Shown here: positions 23,501 to 35,800 of the stretch, piece after piece
Position numbering within the stretch: the stretch's first letter is position 1
Layout of the letters: every line of letters begins with the position of its first letter
From: the human T2T-CHM13v2.0 reference genome, Homo sapiens
Length of the DNA stretch: 64,000 nucleotides
NCBI RefSeq assembly: GCF_009914755.1
Contig: NC_060944.1
Direction: 5' to 3' (one strand)
Notes under the pieces: model-generated
The model's input: the letters and a program-made list of their open reading frames with translations, nothing else
What the model was told of the DNA's origin: nothing
Database searches by the model: none
Translations under genes and position numbers: made by a program

Positions 23501-26500
23501 CCTTTCTTTGCAAAGAGCAGTTTTGAAACACTCTTTTTGTAGAATCTGCAAGAGGATATTTGGATAGCTTTGAGGATTTCTTGGGAAACGGGAATGTCTT
23601 CAGATAAACTCTAGACAGAAGCATTCTCAGAAACTTCTTTGGGATGTTTCAATTGAAGTCACAGTGTTGAACATTCCCTTTCACAGAGCAGGTTTGAAAC
23701 ACTCTTTTTGTAGTGTCTATAAGTGAACATTTGGCGTGCTTTCAGGCCTAACGTGAAAAAGGAAATATCTTCCCATAAAAACTAGACAGAAGCATTCTCA
23801 GAAACTTGTTCTTGATGTGTGCCCTCTACTGACAGAGTTGAACCTTTCTTTGCAAAGAGCAGCTTTGAAACACTCTTTTTGTAGAATCTGCAAGAGGATA
23901 TTTGGATAGCTTGGAGGATTTCGTTGGAAACGGGTATGTCTTCATATAAACTCTAGACAGAAGCATTCTCAGAAACTTCTTTGGGATGTTGCATTCAAGT
24001 CACAGAGTAGAACATTCCCATTCATAGAGCAGATTTGAAACACTCTTTTTGTAGTATCTGGAAGTGGACATTTGGAGCGCTTTCAGGCCTATGTTGAAAA
24101 AGGAAATATCTTCCCATAAAAACTAGACGGAAGCATTCTCAGAAACTTATTTGTGATGTGTTTGCTCAACTAACAGGATTGAACCATCGTTTTGAAGGAG
24201 CAGTTTTGAAACACTGTTTTCGTGGAATCTGCAAGTGGATATTTGGCTAGCTTTGAGGATTTCGTTGGAAACGGGATTACATATAAAAAGGAGACAGCAG
24301 CATTCTCAGAAACTTCTTTGTGATGTCTGCATTCAATTCACAGAGTTGAGCATTCCCTTTCATAGAGCAGGTTGGAAACACTCTTTTTGTAGTATCTGGA
24401 TGAGGACATTTGGAGCGCTTTCAGGCGTATGGTGAAAAAGGAAATATCTTCCCGTAAAAACTAGACAGAAGCCTTCTCAGAAGTTTATTTGTGATGTGTG
24501 CCCTCAACTAACAGAGTTGAACCTTTCTTTTGATAGAGCAGTTTTGAAACACTCTTTTTGTAAAATCTGCAAGAGGATATTTGGATAGCTTTGAGGATTT
24601 CGTTGCAAACGGGAATGGCTTCATATAAACTCTAGACAGAAGCATTCTCAGAAACTTCGTTGGGATGTTTCGATTGAAGTCCCAGTGTTGAACATTCCCT
24701 TTTATAGAGCAGGTTGGAAACACTCTTTCTGCATTCCCTGGAAGTGGACATTTGGAGCGCTTTCAGGATGACGGTGAAAATGGAAATATCTTCCAAGAAA
24801 ATCTAGATAGAAGCAACGTCAGAAACTTTTATGTGATGGATCTACTCAGCTAACAGAGTTGAACCTTTCTTTTGAGAGAGCAGTTTTGCAACACTCTTTT
24901 TGTGGAATATGCAAGTGGATATTAGGGCAGCTTTGAGGATTTCGTTGGAAACGGGAATACATGTAAAAAGCAGACAGCAGCATTCTCAGAAACTTCTTTG
25001 TGATGTTTGCATTGAAGTCACAGAGTTGAACATTCCCTTTGAGAGAGCAGGTTTGAAACACGCCTTTTGTCATATCTGGAAGTGTCCATTCGGAGCGCAT
25101 TCAGGCTTGTGTTGAAAAAGGAAATATCCTCCCATAAAAACTAGACAGAAGCATTCTCAGAAACTTATTTGTGATGTATGTACTCAACTAACAGAACTAA
25201 ACCATCGTTTTGAAGGAGCAGTTTTGAAACACTCTTTTTGCGGAATCTGCAAGTGGATATTTGGCTAGCTGGGAGGATTTCGTTGGAAACGGGATTACAT
25301 ACAAAAAGCAGAGAGCAGCATTCTCAGAAACTTCTTTGTGATGTTTGCATTCAAGTCACAGAGTTGAACATTCCCTTTCATAGAGCAGGTTTGAAACACT
25401 CTTTTTGTAGTATCTGGATGTGGACATTTGGATCGCTTTCAGGCCTATGGTGAAAAAGGAAATATCTTCCCATGAAAACTAGACAGAAGCATTCTCAGAA
25501 ACTTATTTGTGATGTGTGCCCTCAACTGACAGTGTTGAACCTTTGTTTTGATAGAGCAGTTCTGAAACACACTTTTTGTAAAATCTGCAAGAGGATATTT
25601 GGATAGCTTTGAGGATTTCGTTGGAAACGGGAATGTCTTCATGTAAACTCTAGACAGAAGCATTCTCAGAAACTGCTTTGGGATGTTTCAATTGAAGTCC
25701 CAGTGTTGAACATTCCCTTTCATAGAGCAGGTTTGAAACACTCTTTTTGTACTATCTGGAAGTGGACATTTGGAGCGCTTTCAGGTCTACGGTGAAAAAG
25801 GAGATATCTTCCAATAAAAACTAGATAGAAGCAATGTCAGAACTCTTTTCATGATGTATCTACTCAGCAAACAGAGTTGAACCTTTCTTTTGAGAGAGCA
25901 GTTTTGAAACACTCTTCTTGTGGAATATGCAAGTGGGTATTAGGCCAGCTTGGAGGATTTCGTTGGAAACGGGAATACGTATAAAAAGCAGACAGCAGCA
26001 TTGTCAGAAACTACTTTGTGATGTTTGCATTCAAGTCACAGAATTGAACACTCCCTTTCACAGAGCAGGTTTGAAACACTCTTTTTGTAGTGTCTGTAAG
26101 TGAACATTTGGATTGCTTTCAGGCCTAAGGTGAAAAAGGAAATATCTTCCCATAAAAACTAGACAGAAGCATTCTCAGAAACTTGTTTGTGATGTGTGCC
26201 CTCTACTGACAGAGTTGAAGCTTTCTTTGCAAAGAGCAGTTTTGAAACACTCTTTTTGTAGAATCTGCAAGAGGATATTTGGATAGCTTTGAGGATTTCT
26301 TGGGAAACGGGAATGTCTTCAGATAAACTCTAGACAGAAGCATTCTCAGAAACTTCTTTGGGATGTTTCAATTGAAGTCACAGTGTTGAACATTCCCTTT
26401 CACAGAGCAGGTTTGAAACACTCTTTTTGTAGTGTCTATAAGTGAACATTTGGCGTGCTTTCAGGCCTAACGTGAAAAAGGAAATATCTTCCCATAAAAA

Positions 26501-29500
26501 CTAGACAGAAGCATTCTCAGAAACTTGTTCTTGATGTGTGCCCTCTACTGACAGAGTTGAACCTTTCTTTGCAAAGAGCAGCTTTGAAACACTCTTTTTG
26601 TAGAATCTGCAAGAGGATATTTGGATAGCTTGGAGGATTTCGTTGGAAACGGGTATGTCTTCAGATAAACTCTAGACAGAAGCATTCTCAGAAACTTCTT
26701 TGGGATGTTGCATTCAAGTCACAGAGTAGAACATTCCCATTCATAGAGCAGATTTGAAACACTCTTTTTGTAGTATCTGGAAGTGGACATTTGGAGCGCT
26801 TTCAGGCCTATGTTGAAAAAGGAAATATCTTCCCATAAAAACTAGACGGAAGCATTCTCAGAAACTTATTTGTGATGTGTTTGCTCAACTAACAGGATTG
26901 AACCATCGTTTTGAAGGAGCAGTTTTGAAACACTGTTTTCGTGGAATCTGCAAGTGGATATTTGGCTAGCTTTGAGGATTTCGTTGGAAACGGGATTACA
27001 TATAAAAAGGAGACAGCAGCATTCTCAGAAACTTCTTTGTGATGTCTGCATTCAATTCACAGAGTTGAGCATTCCCTTTCATAGAGCAGGTTGGAAACAC
27101 TCTTTTTGTAGTATCTGGATGAGGACATTTGGAGCGCTTTCAGGCGTATGGTGAAAAAGGAAATATCTTCCCGTAAAAACTAGACAGAAGCATTCTCAGA
27201 AGTTTATTTGTGATGTGTGCCCTCAACTAACAGAGTTGAACCTTTCTTTTGATAGAGCAGTTTTGAAACACTCTTTTTGTAAAATCTGCAAGAGGATATT
27301 TGGATAGCTTTGAGGATTTCGTTGCAAACGGGAATGGCTTCATATAAACTCTAGACAGAAGCATTCTCAGAAACTTCGTTGGGATGTTTCGATTGAAGTC
27401 CCAGTGTTGAACATTCCCTTTTATAGAGCAGGTTGGAAACACTCTTTCTGCATTCCCTGGAAGTGGACATTTGGAGCGCTTTCAGGACGACGGTGAAAAT
27501 GGAAATATCTTCCAAGAAAATCTAGATAGAAGCAACGTCAGAAACTTTTATGTGATGGATCTACTCAGCTAACAGAGTTGAACCTTTCTTTTGAGAGAGC
27601 AGTTTTGCAACACTCTTTTTGTGGAATATGCAAGTGGATATTAGGGCAGCTTTGAGGATTTCGTTGGAAACGGGAATACATGTAAAAAGCAGACAGCAGC
27701 ATTCTCAGAAACTTCTTTGTGATGTTTGCATTGAAGTCACAGAGTTGAACATTCCCTTTGAGAGAGCAGGTTTGAAACACGCCTTTTGTCATATCTGGAA
27801 GTGTCCATTCGGAGCGCACTCAGGCTTGTGTTGAAAAAGGAAATATCCTCCCATAAAAACTAGACAGAAGCATTCTCAGAAACTTATCTGTGATGTATGT
27901 ACTCAACTAACAGAACTAAACCATCGTTTTGAAGGAGCAGTTTTGAAACACTCTTTTTGCGGAATCTGCAAGTGGATATTTGGCTAGCTGGGAGGATTTC
28001 GTTGGAAACGGGATTACATACAAAAAGCAGACAGCAGCATTCTCAGAAACTTCTTTGTGATGTTTGCATTCAAGTCACAGAGTTGAACATTCCCTTTCAT
28101 AGAGCAGGTTTGAAACACTCTTTTTGTAGTATCTGGATGTGGACATTTGGATCGCTTTCAGGCCTATGGTGAAAAAGGAAATATCTTCCCATGAAAACTA
28201 GACAGAAGCATTCTCAGAAACTTATTTGTGATGTGTGCCCTCAACTGACAGTGTTGAACCTTTGTTTTGATAGAGCAGTTCTGAAACACACTTTTTGTAA
28301 AATCTGCAAGAGGATATTTGGATAGCTTTGAGGATTTCGTTGGAAACGGGAATGTCTTCATGTAAACTCTAGACAGAAGCATTCTCAGAAACTGCTTTGG
28401 GATGTTTCAATTGAAGTCCCAGTGTTGAACATTCCCATTCATAGAGCAGGTTTGAAACACTCTTTTTGTACTATCTGGAAGTGGACATTTGGAGCGCTTT
28501 CAGGTCTACGGTGAAAAAGGAGATATCTTCCAATAAAAACTAGATAGAAGCAATGTCAGAACTCTTTTCATGATGTATCTACTCAGCAAACAGAGTTGAA
28601 CCTTTCTTTTGAGAGAGCAGTTTTGAAACACTCTTTTTGTGGAATATGCAAGTGGGTATTAGGCCAGCTTGGAGGATTTCGTTGGAAACGGGAATACGTA
28701 TAAAAAGCAGACAGCAGCATTGTCAGAAACTACTTTGTGATGTTTGCATTCAAGTCACAGAATTGAACACTCCCTTTCACAGAGCAGGTTTGAAACACTC
28801 TTTTTGTAGTGTCTGTAAGTGAACATTTGGATTGCTTTCAGGCCTAAGGTGAAAAAGGAAATATCTTCCCATAAAAACTAGACAGAAGCATTCTCAGAAA
28901 CTTGTTTGTGATGTGTGCCCTCTACTGACAGAGTTGAACCTTTCTTTGCAAAGAGCAGTTTTGAAACACTCTTTTTGTAGAATCTGCAAGAGGATATTTG
29001 GATAGCTTTGAGGATTTCTTGGGAAACGGGAATGTCTTCAGATAAACTCTAGACAGAAGCATTCTCAGAAACTTCTTTGGGATGTTTCAATTGAAGTCAC
29101 AGTGTTGAACATTCCCTTTCACAGAGCAGGTTTGAAACACTCTTTTTGTAGTGTCTATAAGTGAACATTTGGCGTGCTTTCAGGCCTAACGTGAAAAAGG
29201 AAATATCTTCCCATAAAAACTAGACAGAAGCATTCTCAGAAACTTGTTCTTGATGTGTCCCCTCTACTGACAGAGTTGAACCTTTCTTTGCAAAGAGCAG
29301 CTTTGAAACACTCTTTTTGTAGAATCTGCAAGAGGATATTTGGATAGCTTGGAGGATTTCGTTGGAAACGGGTATGTCTTCAGATAAACTCTAGACAGAA
29401 GCATTCTCAGAAACTTCTTTGGGATGTTGCATTCAAGTCACAGAGTAGAACATTCCCATTCATAGAGCAGATTTGAAACACTCTTTTTGTAGTATCTGGA

Positions 29501-29821
29501 AGTGGACATTTGGAGCGCTTTCAGGCCTATGTTGAAAAAGGAAATATCTTCCCATAAAAACTAGACGGAAGCATTCTCAGAAACTTATTTGTGATGTGTT
29601 TGCTCAACTAACAGGATTGAACCATCGTTTTGAAGGAGCAGTTTTGAAACACTGTTTTCGTGGAATCTGCAAGTGGATATTTGGCTAGCTTTGAGGATTT
29701 CGTTGGAAACGGGATTACATATAAAAAGGAGACAGCAGCATTCTCAGAAACTTCTTTGTGATGTCTGCATTCAATTCACAGAGTTGAGCATTCCCTTTCA
29801 TAGAGCAGGTTGGAAACACTC

Positions 29822-29824
29822 TTT
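29822..29824 (+). other. 2-bp deletion in T5 run of M16, unit 11
   Basis: CACTCTTTGTAG instead of CACTCTTTTTGTAG. This explains the 2717-bp unit and the missing 66-aa ORF copy near 29673. Confidence 0.93.
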
Positions 29825-32800
29825 GTAGTATCTGGATGAGGACATTTGGAGCGCTTTCAGGCGTATGGTGAAAAAGGAAATATCTTCCCGTAAAAACTAG
29901 ACAGAAGCATTCTCAGAAGTTTATTTGTGATGTGTGCCCTCAACTAACAGAGTTGAACCTTTCTTTTGATAGAGCAGTTTTGAAACACTCTTTTTGTAAA
30001 ATCTGCAAGAGGATATTTGGATAGCTTTGAGGATTTCGTTGCAAACGGGAATGGCTTCATATAAACTCTAGACAGAAGCATTCTCAGAAACTTCGTTGGG
30101 ATGTTTCGATTGAAGTCCCAGTGTTGAACATTCCCTTTTATAGAGCAGGTTGGAAACACTCTTTCTGCATTCCCTGGAAGTGGACATTTGGAGCGCTTTC
30201 AGGACGACGGTGAAAATGGAAATATCTTCCAAGAAAATCTAGATAGAAGCAACGTCAGAAACTTTTATGTGATGGATCTACTCAGCTAACAGAGTTGAAC
30301 CTTTCTTTTGAGAGAGCAGTTTTGCAACACTCTTTTTGTGGAATATGCAAGTGGATATTAGGGCAGCTTTGAGGATTTCGTTGGAAACGGGAATACATGT
30401 AAAAAGCAGACAGCAGCATTCTCAGAAACTTCTTTGTGATGTTTGCATTGAAGTCACAGAGTTGAACATTCCCTTTGAGAGAGCAGGTTTGAAACACGCC
30501 TTTTGTCATATCTGGAAGTGTCCATTCGGAGCGCATTCAGGCTTGTGTTGAAAAAGGAAATATCCTCCCATAAAAACTAGACAGAAGCATTCTCAGAAAC
30601 TTATCTGTGATGTATGTACTCAACTAACAGAACTAAACCATCGTTTTGAAGGAGCAGTTTTGAAACACTCTTTTTGCGGAATCTGCAAGTGGATATTTGG
30701 CTAGCTGGGAGGATTTCGTTGGAAACGGGATTACATACAAAAAGCAGACAGCAGCATTCTCAGAAACTTCTTTGTGATGTTTGCATTCAAGTCACAGAGT
30801 TGAACATTCCCTTTCATAGAGCAGGTTTGAAACACTCTTTTTGTAGTATCTGGATGTGGACATTTGGATCGCTTTCAGGCCTATGGTGAAAAAGGAAATA
30901 TCTTCCCATGAAAACTAGACAGAAGCATTCTCAGAAACTTATTTGTGATGTGTGCCCTCAACTGACAGTGTTGAACCTTTGTTTTGATAGAGCAGTTCTG
31001 AAACACACTTTTTGTAAAATCTGCAAGAGGATATTTGGATAGCTTTGAGGATTTCGTTGGAAACGGGAATGTCTTCATGTAAACTCTAGACAGAAGCATT
31101 CTCAGAAACTGCTTTGGGATGTTTCAATTGAAGTCCCAGTGTTGAACATTCCCATTCATAGAGCAGGTTTGAAACACTCTTTTTGTACTATCTGGAAGTG
31201 GACATTTGGAGCGCTTTCAGGTCTACGGTGAAAAAGGAGATATCTTCCAATAAAAACTAGATAGAAGCAATGTCAGAACTCTTTTCATGATGTATCTACT
31301 CAGCAAACAGAGTTGAACCTTTCTTTTGAGAGAGCAGTTTTGAAACACTCTTTTTGTGGAATATGCAAGTGGGTATTAGGCCAGCTTGGAGGATTTCGTT
31401 GGAAACGGGAATACGTATAAAAAGCAGAGAGCAGCATTGTCAGAAACTACTTTGTGATGTTTGCATTCAAGTCACAGAATTGAACACTCCCTTTCACAGA
31501 GCAGGTTTGAAACACTCTTTTTGTAGTGTCTGTAAGTGAACATTTGGATTGCTTTCAGGCCTAAGGTGAAAAAGGAAATATCTTCCCATAAAAACTAGAC
31601 AGAAGCATTCTCAGAAACTTGTTTGTGATGTGTGCCCTCTACTGACAGAGTTGAACCTTTCTTTGCAAAGAGCAGTTTTGAAACACTCTTTTTGTAGAAT
31701 CTGCAAGAGGATATTTGGATAGCTTTGAGGATTTCTTGGGAAACGGGAATGTCTTCAGATAAACTCTAGACAGAAGCATTCTCAGAAACTTCTTTGGGAT
31801 GTTTCAATTGAAGTCACAGTGTTGAACATTCCCTTTCACAGAGCAGGTTTGAAACACTCTTTTTGTAGTGTCTATAAGTGAACATTTGGCGTGCTTTCAG
31901 GCCTAACGTGAAAAAGGAAATATCTTCCCATAAAAACTAGACAGAAGCATTCTCAGAAACTTGTTCTTGATGTGTGCCCTCTACTGACAGAGTTGAACCT
32001 TTCTTTGCAAAGAGCAGCTTTGAAACACTCTTTTTGTAGAATCTGCAAGAGGATATTTGGATAGCTTGGAGGATTTCGTTGGAAACGGGTATGTCTTCAG
32101 ATAAACTCTAGACAGAAGCATTCTCAGAAACTTCTTTGGGATGTTGCATTCAAGTCACAGAGTAGAACATTCCCATTCATAGAGCAGATTTGAAACACTC
32201 TTTTTGTAGTATCTGGAAGTGGACATTTGGAGCGCTTTCAGGCCTATGTTGAAAAAGGAAATATCTTCCCATAAAAACTAGACGGAAGCATTCTCAGAAA
32301 CTTATTTGTGATGTGTTTGCTCAACTAACAGGATTGAACCATCGTTTTGAAGGAGCAGTTTTGAAACACTGTTTTCGTGGAATCTGCAAGTGGATATTTG
32401 GCTAGCTTTGAGGATTTCGTTGGAAACGGGATTACATATAAAAAGGAGACAGCAGCATTCTCAGAAACTTCTTTGTGATGTCTGCATTCAATTCACAGAG
32501 TTGAGCATTCCCTTTCATAGAGCAGGTTGGAAACACTCTTTTTGTAGTATCTGGATGAGGACATTTGGAGCGCTTTCAGGCGTATGGTGAAAAAGGAAAT
32601 ATCTTCCCGTAAAAACTAGACAGAAGCCTTCTCAGAAGTTTATTTGTGATGTGTGCCCTCAACTAACAGAGTTGAACCTTTCTTTTGATAGAGCAGTTTT
32701 GAAACACTCTTTTTGTAAAATCTGCAAGAGGATATTTGGATAGCTTTGAGGATTTCGTTGCAAACGGGAATGGCTTCATATAAACTCTAGACAGAAGCAT

Positions 32801-35800
32801 TCTCAGAAACTTCGTTGGGATGTTTCGATTGAAGTCCCAGTGTTGAACATTCCCTTTTATAGAGCAGGTTGGAAACACTCTTTCTGCATTCCCTGGAAGT
32901 GGACATTTGGAGCGCTTTCAGGACGACGGTGAAAATGGAAATATCTTCCAAGAAAATCTAGATAGAAGCAACGTCAGAAACTTTTATGTGATGGATCTAC
33001 TCAGCTAACAGAGTTGAACCTTTCTTTTGAGAGAGCAGTTTTGCAACACTCTTTTTGTGGAATATGCAAGTGGATATTAGGGCAGCTTTGAGGATTTCGT
33101 TGGAAACGGGAATACATGTAAAAAGCAGACAGCAGCATTCTCAGAAACTTCTTTGTGATGTTTGCATTGAAGTCACAGAGTTGAACATTCCCTTTGAGAG
33201 AGCAGGTTTGAAACACGCCTTTTGTCATATCTGGAAGTGTCCATTCGGAGCGCATTCAGGCTTGTGTTGAAAAAGGAAATATCCTCCCATAAAAACTAGA
33301 CAGAAGCATTCTCAGAAACTTATCTGTGATGTATGTACTCAACTAACAGAACTAAACCATCGTTTTGAAGGAGCAGTTTTGAAACACTCTTTTTGCGGAA
33401 TCTGCAAGTGGATATTTGGCTAGCTGGGAGGATTTCGTTGGAAACGGGATTACATACAAAAAGCAGACAGCAGCATTCTCAGAAACTTCTTTGTGATGTT
33501 TGCATTCAAGTCACAGAGTTGAACATTCCCTTTCATAGAGCAGGTTTGAAACACTCTTTTTGTAGTATCTGGATGTGGACATTTGGATCGCTTTCAGGCC
33601 TATGGTGAAAAAGGAAATATCTTCCCATGAAAACTAGACAGAAGCATTCTCAGAAACTTATTTGTGATGTGTGCCCTCAACTGACAGTGTTGAACCTTTG
33701 TTTTGATAGAGCAGTTCTGAAACACACTTTTTGTAAAATCTGCAAGAGGATATTTGGATAGCTTTGAGGATTTCGTTGGAAACGGGAATGTCTTCATGTA
33801 AACTCTAGACAGAAGCATTCTCAGAAACTGCTTTGGGATGTTTCAATTGAAGTCCCAGTGTTGAACATTCCCTTTCATAGAGCAGGTTTGAAACACTCTT
33901 TTTGTACTATCTGGAAGTGGACATTTGGAGCGCTTTCAGGTCTACGGTGAAAAAGGAGATATCTTCCAATAAAAACTAGATAGAAGCAATGTCAGAACTT
34001 TTTTCATGATGTATCTACTCAGCAAACAGAGTTGAACCTTTCTTTTGAGAGAGCAGTTTTGAAACACTCTTTTTGTGGAATATGCAAGTGGGTATTAGGC
34101 CAGCTTGGAGGATTTCGTTGGAAACGGGAATACGTATAAAAAGCAGACAGCAGCATTGTCAGAAACTACTTTGTGATGTTTGCATTCAAGTCACAGAATT
34201 GAACACTCCCTTTCACAGAGCAGGTTTGAAACACTCTTTTTGTAGTGTCTGTAAGTGAACATTTGGATTGCTTTCAGGCCTAAGGTGAAAAAGGAAATAT
34301 CTTCCCATAAAAACTAGACAGAAGCATTCTCAGAAACTTGTTTGTGATGTGTGCCCTCTACTGACAGAGTTGAACCTTTCTTTGCAAAGAGCAGTTTTGA
34401 AACACTCTTTTTGTAGAATCTGCAAGAGGATATTTGGATAGCTTTGAGGATTTCTTGGGAAACGGGAATGTCTTCAGATAAACTCTAGACAGAAGCATTC
34501 TCAGAAACTTCTTTGGGATGTTTCAGTTGAAGTCACAGTGTTGAACATTCCCTTTCACAGAGCAGGTTTGAAACACTCTTTTTGTAGTGTCTATAAGTGA
34601 ACATTTGGCGTGCTTTCAGGCGTAACGTGAAAAAGGAAATATCTTCCCATAAAAACTAGACAGAAGCATTCTCAGAAACTTGTTCTTGATGTGTCCCCTC
34701 TACTGACAGAGTTGAACCTTTCTTTGCAAAGAGCAGCTTTGAAACACTCTTTTTGTAGAATCTGCAAGAGGATATTTGGATAGCTTGGAGGATTTCGTTG
34801 GAAACGGGTATGTCTTCAGATAAACTCTAGACAGAAGCATTCTCAGAAACTTCTTTGGGATGTTGCATTCAAGTCACAGAGTAGAACATTCCCATTCATA
34901 GAGCAGATTTGAAACACTCTTTTTGTAGTATCTGGAAGTGGACATTTGGAGCGCTTTCAGGCCTATGTTGAAAAAGGAAATATCTTCCCATAAAAACTAG
35001 ACGGAAGCATTCTCAGAAACTTATTTGTGATGTGTTTGCTCAACTAACAGGATTGAACCATCGTTTTGAAGGAGCAGTTTTGAAACACTGTTTTCGTGGA
35101 ATCTGCAAGTGGATATTTGGCTAGCTTTGAGGATTTCGTTGGAAACGGGATTACATATAAAAAGGAGACAGCAGCATTCTCAGAAACTTCTTTGTGATGT
35201 CTGCATTCAATTCACAGAGTTGAGCATTCCCTTTCATAGAGCAGGTTGGAAACACTCTTTTTGTAGTATCTGGATGAGGACATTTGGAGCGCTTTCAGGC
35301 GTATGGTGAAAAAGGAAATATCTTCCCGTAAAAACTAGACAGAAGCATTCTCAGAAGTTTATTTGTGATGTGTGCCCTCAACTAACAGAGTTGAACCTTT
35401 CTTTTGATAGAGCAGTTTTGAAACACTCTTTTTGTAAAATCTGCAAGAGGATATTTGGATAGCTTTGAGGATTTCGTTGCAAACGGGAATGGCTTCATAT
35501 AAACTCTAGACAGAAGCATTCTCAGAAACTTCGTTGGGATGTTTCGATTGAAGTCCCAGTGTTGAACATTCCCTTTTATAGAGCAGGTTGGAAACACTCT
35601 TTCTGCATTCCCTGGAAGTGGACATTTGGAGCGCTTTCAGGACGACGGTGAAAATGGAAATATCTTCCAAGAAAATCTAGATAGAAGCAACGTCAGAAAC
35701 TTTTATGTGATGGATCTACTCAGCTAACAGAGTTGAACCTTTCTTTTGAGAGAGCAGTTTTGCAACACTCTTTTTGTGGAATATGCAAGTGGATATTAGG

